64,000 nt of DNA from Macrostomum lignano (lineage: Eukaryota). The translations under genes and the position numbers were made by a program. Shown here piece by piece: positions 42,150-56,424 of the stretch. The notes under the pieces are model-generated. The model worked only from the letters and a program-made list of their open reading frames with translations. It was not told the origin of the DNA and ran no database searches. Where the stretch lies: NCBI GenBank assembly GCA_002269645.1, contig NIVC01000954.1, positions 62,001 to 126,000 of the forward strand, read 5' to 3'. Within the stretch, counting starts at the first letter, position 1; each line of letters opens with the position of its first letter.

Positions 42150-45100
42150 GCACAAATTTGCTAAAACCGTCCGGCACTCCTAAGGCGTGTCCCAAGAAGA
42201 AAAGCAGCTTAAGAATAGCCAGCTCAAGCGTTGTGGCGTGCGGCGGATGCGGCGGGAGGGCATGGGCCATAAGTGAGATCCTCCGTTGCGGCAGCTCGGA
42301 AATGTTCTCTAATGCCTTTGGGCCATTTACGGCAGAGCTGGCCCTTGAGCCCGGACGCTAGCAGAAGTTCCGTAAGCGCGGCGATGGCTTTTTCGCGATC
42401 ACTCTGGGCCGCAGCATCCATCACTTGAGGCCGAGTGCCTCTTGATCACTTGATTGCCTCTGCTAATTCTGTTCTACTGAAAAAGCGGGGCGGCGACGGC
42501 ACTGGCGACGGTCGGCGGAAGCGCGGAGTCGGCGGCGTGGGCGGCGTCGGGAAATCGTCCAGATTTATAGTATCCGGTTGAGGCGGCGGTGTCAACACGC
42601 CCATATACTGCCCCGGCGGCGGCGAGAGTGGCTGAGGTGGCGTGTCCAACGCATCAACTCTCGGGTCTAGCAGCACTGGTGGAGCTGCCTTTGGCGAAAC
42701 TCGAGCGTTAGTGGCCAAGAGGTCTTGCAGCGCTGGGAGCTGCTCTTCTCCAGGTTCCTCTTGCAGGGAGCTCGACAGGCTGCCTATGAGGTCGAACACA
42801 CTTTCGGCTTCGCTCGGACGCTGATTAATTGGCGAGTTCTGTGCCGGTGGCTCAGCTGGCGGCTGTGCCGGTGGAGGTGTAGACCGGACAGGCGTGGTTG
42901 GATTGTCAGTAGCCGGTAGTCCGGCGTCAGCCTTGATCGCATGAGGCGGATCCAGTCGGAGCCTAATGACGGCGGCGCGTTCCCTGGCGACCGCAAGGCG
43001 CTCGCCGAGGTGAGGCGGCTGCAGCGGAGCCAGCCTGTGCACCTCGATTCTGGCTTCTTGACGCGGATGCTCGTCCCAGCGGCTCCGTCGACGGCGAGCC
43101 GGATCTTGGCTGGGCACTGGGATTAATCTAATCCTGCTGGCTGGCCGCAAGGGTTGCGTGCGCTTACGGCCACTGGCCGGTGAGGGTGTCCTTGATGGTT
43201 CCCGATCTCGGCGCCTCTTATTTTCTTTGCCCGTCATTTTTGCTTTTAGTTTTGCTTTTCAGCGCTGGAACAGGCACGAGGCCGGTGGAAAAAGTGAATT
43301 AATCGGCTCAAGTAGGACTTTGACTTTGGTTTAAGAACCAAGCGGTCAGGTTCCCTTCGAGCCCTAACTGGCCTGTCATTGACGGCCCATTCGGCTTGAC
43401 TGGTTGATTGGCCGACAAAACATGACTATGACATAGATTATACCTATCAGAGTCTAAGTTAATCCTATCGCTATTTCTATTTTCAGGTCGCCTCAGCGGT
43501 TCAACTGTAGGAGCGGATGGAGCGTCGCAAGAATCATACGGCAGTGACTCAAGCTCTACTGTCCTCTCCATAACTTCAGGTTCGTGGATGCGGACTTCAG
43601 CTGGACGTGCGCTTGGCTGAGTGGCTGATAGGAGTCGCCAGCGATAGGCGGGTCTCGTGTCCATGTCGTCTTCTTTATCAGAGTCCTCAGAGATGGCGGG
43701 GAGTGTCGCGGCTCCGGCGTCAACCTGTCGAACTCGGCGTTGCTGCTTCGGTTCAGCTGGCCCTTCGAGATCTGCAATTGGATAATCTGAAGTGGGCACA
43801 AGGAGGTTTCGGCGATGAACTACCATCTCGTCCGGTCGTTCTCGAGGGTGTCGAACCTTCCGTCGAATCTTGTAGACGACTTCTCCTTTGCTTTCCACCA
43901 CTTCATACAACGATCTCCTTGGCCTGTGAAATTTTACTGCTTCGTCTTCGTGTAGGACCGGGTTGTTCAAGAAAACGAGATCTCCCGACTGTAGCTTCTT
44001 AGCTGCTGGTCGGTTCTCGTAGTGTTCGTCTCGCGCTTGCTGATGCAGGCCTAGCTGTTCCTTGGCGAGGTCCGTGGCGTGCTTGAGGCGTTGCTGAAAC
44101 TCTGCGACGTAGTTAGGCAGGTTGGCATACTCCGGGAGTAGCTTCAATGAGTTGTCGAAAGGCATCCTGTATTCTCGGCCGTAGACTAAGAAGTAAGGCG
44201 TATAGCCTGTGACTGGATGAACGCTGGATCGGAGAGCAATCATGCACGCTGGCAGGAATGTGTCCCAATCGCGATGATCATGCTCGAGGAGACACGTAAG
44301 AATGCTGTTGATCTGCTTATTCAAATTTTCTACCAGTCCGTTAGACGCTGAATTGTACGGCGTGGTTGTCGTGTGCCTGATCGCGTAGAGATCACAGAAC
44401 TTTTTGAAGGCGTTTCCTGTAAAGTTCGTGCTAAAGATATCGGAAACTTTGATGTCGCACAGCAGAGTGTCAGGATGTATCGATGACCTCCTTTAGACGG
44501 TTGCGCAATCGGTCCGATCACATCCATGTGAAGTTTTCCAAAAAGTTTGCAGACTGGAAAACTCTGCACTGGCACTTGCTGTTTTCGTCGTGACTTGCTC
44601 TCTAGGCAGGTTCGGCATTTGCTGACGTAGGTCTCAACAGCTTGGACTAGACCTGCTCGCCAGAATCTTTCGCGCACACGTTGGGCGGTCTTCCGCTGTC
44701 CTTGGTGTCCTGCTAAAGGCGAATTGTGGAGCTCGTTAAAAACTTCGTCGTCGAGTGCTTCCAATAAGACAATCTTCGGCGGAGTGTCTTTTTCCTTCAT
44801 GTTGATCATGAGTAGATCTCGCTCGAGGAATAGTAACTCGTAGTATCCTAGCAGATTCCGTTGCTCTCTGCTAAGTCGTAATCGATCGTCAAACGCTGGT
44901 TTCGGTTGATTCTCCTTGATCAACTTGTAAACGTAGCCAATAGCTGGGTCATCCTCTTGAGCTTTGATGAGCTTGTCGCGCGGCAATGGCGGCTTCAGAT
45001 GATCCGTAAGCAATGCTAGGCAGCGCGGCAGACTTTGAGAAGTTGCGAGCTGGGGAGATGCTTCAGCTGTACGTACTCTGTCTTCCTCGTATGCAGACTT

Positions 45101-48100
45101 CGTCACCTCTGCATAGGAACGCTTCGTTTTCGGCGTAGGACGAAGGCGCGTCATGGCGCCAAACATATCGTCCACGCGTTGATAATGGGTGGTCGGCTGC
45201 AGGCTCATGGAAGAGCAACGAGACGGCTCGACCTGCTGAGTCTGTCGGCTCATGGGAGAGCAGCGGGACTCCTCAGCGGTAAATTTTCGACCGAGATCTG
45301 AGTAGTGGCGCTCGACTGGGAGGGCTGCTGGAGCGGTGGCCTCCAAATCTTCGTCCAAGTCAGTCTCCAAACTCTGTAGGTAGACCTGATGGCTGTCGTG
45401 GAAGAAGGCTGATGGTACAGTGGCTTCTCAAACTTCATCCAGGCTGGTCTCCTTGAAGTGACGGCGAGCGTGGGTGGCTCGGCAGAGGGCTGCTGGTGCG
45501 GTGGCCATCCAAGCTGTCTTCATCCAAGCTTCCTGTCTCCGGGCGTCGACGTGAACAGTGGAGAACTCGGCAGAAGGCTGCTGGTGCGGTGGCCTCTGGT
45601 TCGTTGTCCAAGTCGGTCTCTGCCTCTGGATCGCGATTGTGGGTCTCGATTGTGAGGGCTGCTGGTGCGGTGGCCTCTGAATCGATGCCCGGATTAGTTT
45701 CCTTAATGTGGCGGCACTCACACTGGGTGTTGTCTCCTGTCTCCTCGCGGTGCAAGCCAGGACAGCGTCGACGTCTTGGAGTACTCCGTAATCGCATTCT
45801 AACGGAGTCGTGTCCGGGCGTCTTGATAGTGCGTCGGCGTTGGTGTGGTCAGTACCCTTGCGATGGGAGATGATGAACTGAAATTCGCTGATCCTCTGGA
45901 CCCATCGACCTAGAATCCCTGTAGATTCAGTCTGACGTAACAGCCAGAGCAAGGCCTTATGGTCGCTTCTTACTTCGAATTTTTTTCCTATTAAGTATTC
46001 TCGAAAGTGTCGCATGGCATCGACAATAGCCAGTAGCTCCCGCTTGGTGACCGTGTAGCGAACTTCCGGGTTACGGAGCTTGCGACTGAAAAATGCGATC
46101 GGTCGTTCTAATCCATCGGATTGTAGTTGTCCTAGACATGCACCGATTCGGGTGTCGGATGCGTCGGTATCCAGGATAAACTTGACCTTCGGATCCTCAG
46201 TGAACTCTGGGAGGGCGAGTACTTCAGTTGAGCATAGCTTGCTCTTCAGAGTCTCAAAGGCAGTCTGATGCTGCTGCGTCCAATGACGCTGGAATCCTTG
46301 CAGGTCCTTGCGTGTCAATGCGTGTAACGGGGCCGCGATGCCCGAGTAATCTTCGACGAACTTCTTGTAGTAATTGGCGAGACCAAGAAAGCTTCGTAGT
46401 TTACGAACAGTCCAAGGCGTTGGCTAACTGCGTATCTGCGCGATCTTGTCTTTACTGGTTCGTAGGCCTTCCGGTGTAACCACGTGGCCTAGATAATGGA
46501 GCTCCTTTTTGAATAAATGGCATTTTTTCGGTTTTAGCTTCAAGTTGGCGGCTATAATTCGATTTAGGACTTGTCGTAGACGGTCTAAGTGATCTTCGAA
46601 TGTCACTGCGTGTACAACGATATCGTCCGTGTAACCAAGAGCGGCCTGCGGTGCTAGTCCTTCAAGCAGTTGGTTGATACTACGCTGGAACGATCCGGGG
46701 CTTTCAGTTAGTCCCATTGGTAGCACCTTGAAGCAAAATTGTCCCCGATCGAGCACAGGGAAGGCAGTGATGTCCTAGTCTTCCTCGCGGAGAGGGATCT
46801 GGTAGAAGCCTTGTACCAGGTCGAGGCTTGAATACCACTGCGCTCCTTTAAGTTTGGCGAAGGTTTCCTGAATGCGCGGGATCGGGTACGGGTGCTTCAG
46901 CGTCACTTCGTTGATTGCTCTGAAGTCGTGCACAATGTGAATCGTCTTGTCCTTCTTTGGTACTAGGATCATCGGTGAATTGTAGCTGGAGTACGTTGGC
47001 CGTATGATGCCTTTCTTCAGCATATCATCGAGCATCTGATCCAGTTGCGGTCGTAGATTCGGAGGTATCCGGCGAGGAGGAATCGCGATTGGTGTCGAGT
47101 CTGTGAGCACAATCTCATGAGTTACCAGGTGTGTCAGTCCGTGGTCCAACGGAGTTAGGGAGAATGCCTTCTCGCATTCCTTGAGTAGATCTTGAACCTG
47201 GAGCCTATGGTGGCCGTTCAGCTGGTCTCCGACGTCGACCTCGTTGATCCAACTGTCAGTCGTTTCTTCAGTCGTTATCATTTGACGAACTTCTGGCTCA
47301 TTTGACTCGCTGAAGTACTCGAGGTCCTGGGTCTTGAGTGGCGTAGCTACTCCCATTAGCATGTTGCGACGCAAGTGAACCTCTGTATCTGATAGGTTGA
47401 GTACTTCCGTCACTCCTCGACCTGTCATCGTATGCAGGACCGGGGCTGCGTCTAACTGGTGATGCTTCGCTCGCAGTCCTGATTTGAGTGGTTCGATAAT
47501 CATCGGTGAACCGTAGTTCTGCTGATGACCTTCGGCTAGCTTAATGGCGACGAGGCAGGAACATTGAGGCGGCAGAATGCATTTTTTCAGCGACGTACAC
47601 TCGGCAGGCCCTCAGTTCTCTCCTTGAATAGCGTACCGGAAGTCGGGTGCCTTGTCGGAATGTGAGCATTCCTTGCTGGAAGTCCAGTCGTTGGCAATGA
47701 CTCCGGATGAAATCAATTCCTAAAAGATTCTCACAGTCTCCTTCGGCGACGAAGAATTCGGTTTCCGCGACATAGTCCCCGAATTCAATTGATAGGGTAA
47801 CCTTGGCGGTGAGACTTAACTCGTCCCATCGTACATGGCGACTCGGTTAGGGTAAGCAGGTGCAACTATACAACGTGGTGAACGACGCCTAATAGCGGCC
47901 CAAGTGGTCGCTCCGAGAAAGTTTCTTCTGCTTCCGCTGTCTAGCAGAAAGGTGACATCTCGTCGAGCCACTCGTCCTGTAATAAATGGGTCGGCGTCAC
48001 GCGCATGGACTGTATTTACAAAGGAGGCGTCCACGAAACCTCCATCCAACGTTTCCTCGTTTACTGACGACTTGGACGAGTCAGCTGCCGCGGCTGCGGG

Positions 48101-49466
48101 GCCATACTCTTCCAGGGCGTGTTCGGTGTCGGCTGCATAGCCTGGGCTGGAGCTCGGGGGGGGGGCGTTGCCGTTTACGTCCTCCGGCCGGCCGTTTCCC
48201 GTAAACTGCTGAGTTGATTGGCGTCTATGCGGACAATCTCTCGCCTTGTGTCCTTGATTACACTCGTAGCACGTGTAGTGCGGCGGTCGGTTCGCTTGAC
48301 CGTTCACTTGATTGGCTGTGACTTGCTGAGCCAACGTGTTGAGTAGATGCTGCTGCTGCTGCATTATTGCAGCTTGTTGCTCAACGACTTTTTCCAACTT
48401 CGAAAGGGCGCTGTTGTTGGGCTCCTTTGAGGCTTGTCCCTCCCCGTCCAACATTTTGACCGGGGGCTCTTTCGAACTATGAGCCAGGTGTTGGGCTAGT
48501 TCCATCCTCTTCAGTGTTTGCAAGGCTTCGCTGAGTGTCGTAGGTCGGATCCAGAAAAGTTTCTCGCGGCAGTCTGATGACGTGCCGATCCCGCGCAGGA
48601 ACTGGTCAATCAGCTCTTGCTCTAGATGTCGAGGCTCGAGCCAAGGGAAGGCTTGCTCTCCTAGCTCCTGCAGAGCGTCTGCGTAATCTTCCGTTGACTC
48701 GTTCTTGCGCTGACTGCAGCCTCTGAATTCTTCTCGATACTCGTCAGGTCCTGAGAGTCGTGCGAATCTCTCTATTAGTCGTTGCTGAAGCTGTCGATAG
48801 GTGATGCGGTCGGGCAGCCTCATGCGAAGTACCGCAGCGTAGGCCGAATTTAAGTCTAAATTCGCCAGCAATTGGGCCTTCTTGTCGTCTTCATCCTGTA
48901 GATCTTCTGCTTCGCAGCGTAGGTCGCGTATATGGTGGCGTAAAGATGATGGCGTATAGCTCTTCATCTTGTCCTGCTTCTTAGGCTGTAGATCTAGCCG
49001 ACGTTGCATGGCCTGCAGCATCCTGCGGATCATGTCCGGGTTGGTGTCGCGTCCGAGGTTGTTGAGTCCTGCAAATAGATCTTACTCCTCCTCTTCTCCT
49101 GAGTCATCCCTAAAATTAATCCTCTACCGCATGGTATGGCTGAACCTGCAGCAGCTGCGGCGGAGTTTCCGTTGTCCTGACGCGTGTGCTGTTGATCACC
49201 GATTAAATCTTCTCGATCACTGTCGTGAGACATCTTGATACTAACTTAGTCGTGGTAGGCGTGACTGATGACGTTGCCGAAAGGGTGATAGTTGAGTGAC
49301 GTTGACGTCGATTCGGTGACGTTCTCCTGCTTGCTTGCCAATCTCGTATCTCGAATGTCGTATCCCGAATCTCGAATCTCGAATCATTTGTCTCGAATCT
49401 CGAATCCTTTGTCTCGAATCTCGAATCCCTTGTCTCGAATCTCGAATCTCACCGCTGTGCCACCAG
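42150..49466 (-). mobile_element. Degenerate Ty3/Gypsy internal region: gag-protease, RT, RNase H, integrase and an extra 3' ORF
   Basis: Gag 47816-49033 with CYECNQGHKARDC and LDSGS; RT LDLVQGFYQI and YTDD; RH TDASD, RELLAI and SDHKAL; IN HNSP..GH...CRTC, MDVIGP and NGLVENLN. Order RT-RH-IN; many stops. Confidence 0.92.
49443..49465 (-). promoter_or_regulatory. Primer-binding site, tRNA-Leu-like
   Basis: TGGTGGCACAGCGGTGAGATTCGA lies 1 nt inside the LTR end (...TAACA). It resembles the complement of a tRNA-Leu 3' end with a 2-nt insertion. Confidence 0.65.
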
Positions 49467-50104
49467 TGTTACGCTTGTCCTTCTCGGATTCTTGTAGATG
49501 TTCCTAGAAAATAGAACCCGCTGCTCCTGAAGAAGCTAGATAGCACCGTTGTACTACCTATCGATTTGCCTGAAAATGAACCTAAAACGTTAGCCCTGAC
49601 TTGGTAGGGTTGCTGCCACCTTGGTGAGCGGACTCGACGCGTCGGCAGAGTTGTCTATCCGTCACCTGAAAGAAAATTAACAAAGTCGCTCGGAGCAAAG
49701 GCAAATCTGAAAATGTCTCGACAGTCGATCGTCTTAGTAGAATGCTGCTCGAACCTGAAAACCTGTAAAACCTGAAATGAGAGAGGAGAGCTCGGAGGCA
49801 GAGAGGCAGCTCCGGTCGAGCCCAGGCAGGACGACGCGATCTGGAGAAAATGGCTCGCAGATGCTCCGTATTTATAGCCGAGCGGACCCCCAAAAGTCAC
49901 GTGAGTTTCATGCGGTGAGCGCGTGAAACCTTATTTGGTCACTAAAATCATGCGAGTGACGCGTGATTCAAGGCCAACTTCCAAATAAGGCACCCCTGTC
50001 ACGCAGCAGTGGCGTGACTCAAGGGCAGTGGCCACGCACAGTGTGCGTGCACAGTCACGTGCTTTTCTGTACTAAAAATAGAACTTGGGCGGATGAGTCA
50101 TCCT
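49467..50104 (-). mobile_element. Gypsy 5' LTR, outer end truncated
   Basis: Adjoins the PBS. Homology to the other copies breaks at ~50104. Confidence 0.85.
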
Positions 50105-51718
50105 AGGAACATAGAGTGCTAGGAACATAAGGAAAATGGCAATTCCTTTTCCGCCTCAAATCTGCATCTGACCTAAAATCATATTCAATATCTCAATGTA
50201 TTATAGTAATGTAATATATATATGGTACATAAATATGAACTACTTACGTTCGTTAAAGTTGGGAAAGCGGTTCCGCGTAGCAGCGTTCACCCGAATGACA
50301 GCAGACAGCAGATACGGATTTTTTTACTATTGAGAGGAACCAAATCTTGCATTCGCCTAATACAATCAGACATATCCACTTTTGTAAAAATAATTTGCAG
50401 AGTTGTGGCGCTGTACAGTTCGTGGTTGTATAAAACTTTACACCCGATGTGTCTTTCGTAATATCTTGGAAGATTTAGCCAATCGTCTCGTGTGTAATGC
50501 TGTTCTTTCAAGAAAAAACAGGAGGAGAAGGCACTTAAATAACGTCATCGTCGTCTTGAAAAATAATATGACAGCTTAAAAAGCTCATGATTAAGATGTG
50601 GAAGCGAAGTGTAGAGCTAAATTTAGACCGGGACTTTGTTAAGAGGTTTTGCTTTTCGCTCCTTAAATGCGGAGCCAATGGGGACAAACTCGTCCCAAAA
50701 GGGACAGATGCATATACGATCATTGGTGGGATTCATGCCTCACACCCGCTCTACCGAGCCAATGCATGCATTCCGCCACTTCACTCCAAAACCAACCCAA
50801 ACGAGCAAACATGCTTTTTTATTATTAGTATACTATTTTTTTTCATTTTTAGAATACTAGAAGTTCACTTAAAACATACACACAAACAACGCTAGAGTTT
50901 TAGTATTCAGAAAAGTCAATTTGTAATTTTTTATATTAATATATGAGAAATGCCAAATTTGAATTCCCGCCCTCTCCTAGGAAACCTTTAGGAATTTTAG
51001 TTAAAATGTATCTCGTCCCGACCTCATTTTAATATAAATAGAAGTAAAATTCGTTCCCAGAGAGGCAACCATTTTCTTGGCTTAAAGGTGATTTGCCCGA
51101 CAAACTGAATAAGCTAGTTGTTAAAGCCTTCCTCATTTGCTGAAGTTGAGAGCGAATGCTCATTGGACAGGTAGAAAATACTAAGAGCACAAGACTAAAA
51201 GAGTAGGGGCGTAGGGAGCCAATTGACAAGGGAGGAATATCCCAATAGAATTGTTCGAATTGAACAGCCAATAAGAAGTCGTATCTGACACAAGTAAATC
51301 CGTAAGAGAAAATTAAATTTCACCGGGCAACCTCGATCCATTGGAGGGCGCCGCTTTCAAACTTAGTCACCCCCTTAGCTAAAAAGTGTCTTGCCGCTCG
51401 GGCACTGTGCGCTACCATGGTGATCCGTACTTACGTGAAAGCCCATAACCCAACTCCACAACATTGTAATCTTAGTAGTTTATGACGACTCCAACCGAAT
51501 TAATTTTATGAGAGTCTAAATTAGAACAAATTTACCCTGTAATAACTTATTGGCATTGTGGGATTGTAAACGATAAAAGATTAGCCCTCGTGCAACTTGA
51601 TTACTTGGATATTTTAGTAAAAGACAAATACGCCTGTTACAACTTTTGGCACCTGTGGGACCATTAGCCGTAGTTAGCCGTAGGACCATTAGCACTGTCA
51701 CATATTTTTAAGCATCTA

Positions 51719-52351
51719 CGAGGGGTGTCTGGGAAATAGTGTTACTTTTACTTGTAGCGGACGTTTGGTAAGTTGCATTGACACAAGTTTGGTGTCGTTT
51801 GAAAAAGACAAGCCTCTTCTTTAAAATGACAAACTGTGATCGATTTGAATTTGATTTCAAGAGATTGTGCACGTAAGTAGAGGGAGATCGATTTTAGACT
51901 TACAGAACCTAGATACAAGCTTTCTGGATAGACGATCCAGTTTCATGTCCTCAGTAAGCCGTCAGGGAACCCAACGGGCACTCAGCTTGACATGATCCAT
52001 CTTTTGCAGACACCTGTAAACTGTGGACTTTGAGCAATCTAGTCTATCGGCTATTTCGCAGATGCTTTGGCGGCAGTCTTCATTGATCAAGTCGAGAATG
52101 CAACCCATTAGGCTGCTACTGTCACAGATCTCAAGGCATCCTATCCTAACAAGGCTCACGTCAGTTCTTCCACCCTTGAACTCGTTCACCCGCCTGTTCA
52201 TTGTCATCTTGCTGACGCAATGGTCGCCATGCGCAGTGCCGAATTGCCTGTGAGTACCAGCAGTTTCGCACCTGGAGCTCCAAAGCGGAAAAAAGTCGTG
52301 ATACAAACAAAGCGAGAAGACTACGAAGTCTACTGTTGACATCTTTGTCAA
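51719..52351 (-). mobile_element. Internally deleted mariner element: one TIR plus transposase N-terminus
   Basis: TA|CGAGGGGTGTCTGGGAAATAG terminus; FKGGRTD...CEIADRLDCSKSTVY...KLSARWVP motif. Confidence 0.85.
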
Positions 52352-55300
52352 CAGTGCGTCAGTGCGTCAGAGAGAGCAGCCCAATTTTGGCAACACTAAC
52401 ATTAATGCCCTACTGATGGATGTCTCTTCGAATGATTTTGAAATGCCTACCGAAATAGACGAGCCACCCCTGGGTGCTCTAATAAAATTTAAGCATGACG
52501 AGTTTAATCCATATGCAGAGTGGCCTTCAGACTGACAGCGAGATGGGAGAAGATTCGGATAAATAATACTAAGTGACTGAAGAGAGGAAACCAACATTGG
52601 ATAGTCTGGACGATGACTTCCTGTAGTTCTTTCTGCTTTTCAACATCTGCGTCGAAGGTTCTTTACAGCCGGGGTCTGCCGGTGTCGAAGTCATTGCTTC
52701 AAGAGTTCAAGAATAAAATGTGTTAAAGAGTCGACATCCGCAACATGCCGCCTTCGTAAAATAGAAATCGGGCAGTTTGCTTACACTTTGGAATAGCTTC
52801 AAATATCACGTTTCTTCTGAGCAGAAATCTGCTAAAACTGAGCAACAGTTCAACACAGTTTGATGGGACGAAAGTTTACAATGTCGAAGGGACGGCAAAC
52901 GTAGACGGAATTCCACTTTTTAGGAGTTCTAATCGGTCTACATGGCTTATTCTACTTATGCTATACGACTTCCCTAGGCCTTTGCCGTTAGCTTTGTCAG
53001 CTCGCAAAAGCCACATCACGGATGCGGCTATTGCAGGTACGCAAACTGATAAAATTTTCAGTACTGTATACAACCTATTACTTTTAATGCATCATTAACT
53101 TCAATGTCTAAAAAAAGTCCTTTACAAAGTTAAAACTTGCAAATTCTCCATCCTTTTTTCTTTTGTGCCCTCTTTATCCTGTTCTCTCTCTCTTAATTAT
53201 TCTACCTCCAACTCCATCTCTTATTTAATTTTTGTCCTCCCTCCAAAATTTATTTTACTCATGTAATGCTTTATGTGGTTTGGTTGCTCGGGATTTCACT
53301 GAGGTGGTCCGGTAGGTCTTGGTATCCTACCTCTGCCACCAGTGTTGTGCCTTTTGTCTTGGTTCTCACTACTGTGGCGGAATTTACAAGGACTGCTCTG
53401 AGCAACTTTACCAAGCACTTGGAGGGGGACAGAGTGGGGAAAAATCTAAGATCGAGGGTACTGCTGCCACCAGCGTGAGGAACATAGGATTCGCAATGAA
53501 GGGTTCTGTTTGGGTTCCACGCAAATAAATAACGCTAAAACAACTATTCTCAGAGAATTCAATGTCCAGCTAACAGGACTCAATGGTAGCAAATAGCCTG
53601 AGCGGTGCAGTCCTGTCACTGACTGAAATTGTCCGCGCTTGAGCGTATCTAAGTTTAGCCCTTTGAGGATTCCTAACTCCTGATAACCCTATTACTAGTC
53701 TCGCGCAGATGGGCGGCGTGGATAAGTCTATGCGCCTGAAGCAGCAATAGACTCACAGCTAAGTCTAACCAGCAATTTCTTAGAATCGTGCACGTGTGCT
53801 GCGACTGCACAATCACTCTCACTCTTATATTTGCGCCTATGTCGCGAATAGACAATCACTAGAATGGCTTTAGCCAACTGGATTCCTGCCAATAGGGAGG
53901 CTGGAAACAGAGCCATAGCTCAAGCTTGCTCTACCAAAACCTGCTTAGGAGTGTGCTTCTGCTTTAAGCGCTGCAATGTTCTACCAAGACCTGCTCAGCA
54001 GCTTGCGTCTGCTTCTAGCGATTCTTTGCTCTACCAAGACCTACTCATGAGCTTTGCTTCGCTGTCAACCGTCTAACCCAACGGTCAAAACGGTTCTGAG
54101 GAGAAATTGAGTCAGATCGGCCTGCATCCATTGATAAATAACGCGGAGGATGGAGCGTTTGGGTATTTCGTGGGCTAACCAGGGAACGTCAGCCCGAAAA
54201 GTGCGGATAATGATGCACAAAAATTCTTGATTAAATATCGCAGGGGGGTTGGCTTTGTACGAAGCGCCGACAGTCGCCTCAGGCTACTAGAGAAAATGGC
54301 ATGCCGAATTTCGGCTTGTGCGCGGAACGCCGCACAAGGGGAGGGTTCAGCCCAGGACACATGGTCCGAGAGACCCTTAGTCTAAAAATAGAATGACGCA
54401 TAAGGAGAGGCTCGGACAGCGGAAGAACGAGAGAGCAAAAGGGGGGAGGGTCCAGCAAGCGCACAAAGGGGATGTGCAGCTAACTAGACTAACGTACACT
54501 GAGCAAATGTACGCGGCAGGCGAAGCAACAGCAGTACAGGCAAGCGCCAAATATGGCGGCTTCCACTAACCCTAAACTAGAACCCCCCCCCCCCACAATT
54601 TCCTATGATAATGAGCCTCATTATTACGACTCAATTGCGCCATCTTGTGCAACCTTTAAGCGCCAATGACGGCTGCTTAGAGCGCAAAGAGGCTGCAGAA
54701 CAGTTCCTATTCCAGATGCTAGCAGCGGACAGAAGTGCCTAAGATGTGACTGCGGTTCTATGCTTGCAGCAGAAGGCTGCGGTCACATCACTCTTCTCCA
54801 GCTAAAAGATGAGCCGGAAGAAACTGACGGAAGAAACTGAATATTAAACCAGCTTTATTCATAAAAATGGAAAAACCTTTTTTGTAGGCAAAGTAAAAGA
54901 ACATGAATTAATTTGGCTTACTAAATTCCGTCCACATGAGCGTTGAACTGAGACTGAGACAGAATGAATTTCTTATACCATGCCTAAATAACTCTTGCTA
55001 TCCCTTTGATATCTCTAGCTGTCTCTTGAAATCCCCTGCTATCCATTGACATCTCTAGCCATCCTATCGATATCTCTAGCTATCTCTTGCAATTTTCCAT
55101 TGATATCACCTGCTCTCCCCACGAAATTTCATGCTATTCTCTCGAAATCAGGCTACCCCTTGAAAAATTACATCACATGCAATCTGCCGGAACTCTCACG
55201 ATGTACCAGGAAATCTTAAACTATCCCCTGGAAACGCTTTATCCGAAACTTTTTGTCTAGAAATCACCTCGAAATTTCATGCTTTACCTATAAATCTAGA

Positions 55301-55409
55301 ACACATCACGTTGTTCCATCAATATGTCATGCTACTCTCTTTTAAATCGTTCTACCTGCTAGATAATTTTTGTTATCCCCTCGATAAACCATGTCGTCCC
55401 CGTCTTAGA

Positions 55410-55860
55410 AGTTCCCCAAGACTTGACATCTCAGCAATTCCCTCAATCCTCGACATTTCTGCCATTTCACCAAGCCTATAAATCTCAGCAATCCCTCAAG
55501 ACTTGACATCTCAGTAATTCCCCCAAGCCTAGACATCTCAGAAATACCCCCAGACCTACACATCTCAGCAATCCCCCAAGACTTGACATCTCAGCATTCT
55601 TAAACCTTGAAATCTCAGCAATTCCTCCCAAAGACTTTACATCTCAGCAGTCCCCCAAGACTTGACATCTCAGTAATTCTTCCAAGCCTACACATCTCAG
55701 AAATACGTCTAAGACTTGACATATCAGTAATTCCCACAAGCCAACACATCTCAGAAATACCCCAAGACTTGACATCTCAGCATTCTTAAGCCTTGAAATC
55801 TCAGAAAATCTTCCCCAAGACTTTACATCTCAGCAATATCCCCCATACTCTACATCTCAC
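55410..55860. repeat. Degenerate ~24-26-bp tandem repeat (CCCCAAGACTTGACATCTCAG...)n
   Basis: Its reverse complement resembles the GCTGAGATGTCAAGG motifs at 12540-13490. Confidence 0.8.
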
Positions 55861-56424
55861 CCATAACCCCCTAGTATTTCCCCGAAGCCCGAAGTTTGAT
55901 TTGAATCCAGTCGAATGTGAGCTGACCACTGCGGTGAAAACTGGGACGAGGACAGAAAGCACATCAAATAAAAACTTGAACGCGAAAAAATTGAACCATC
56001 TTTGTTACTTTTCAAAACAAGCAAAAGAGAATTACTAAAATTATAACTACATGAGCAAATAGATTAAAGCGTACAGTAGTTATACGTAGGGAAATTTTTT
56101 GGTGGGGTACAATTCTAACAAGCATATATGCTTCATAGCAATAATTAAATTGCAAAGCGATCCAACTAAAGTCCGAAGATAGCCTATTAATTGAGCTAAT
56201 TATGAAAGTTAAACCAAATAAAAATACAATCTTCGTTTTATTAATGCACTCCTACAGTACTAAAATAGTTATAAATTTTATTCATTATAACAATTCATAT
56301 AATAGTAGCCTTGTATTATATATTGACCTAACCGGTGAATTCCAGGTACATCATAGATTAACCTAACCGGTGAATCCCAGGTACATAGATTAACCTAACC
56401 AGGGAACCACAGGTATCACAGACT

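Noticed and set aside
50222-50900. Short ORFs with faint helicase-like wording
   Set aside because: No convincing motif; overlapping ORFs on both strands.
52550-53080. Possible hAT TTF zinc-finger fragment
   Set aside because: Only scattered residues fit across several frames; too degenerate to call.
53266-53530. Possible LINE ORF1 zinc-knuckle remnant
   Set aside because: Cys/His spacing is incomplete and no linked ORF2 motifs are recognisable.
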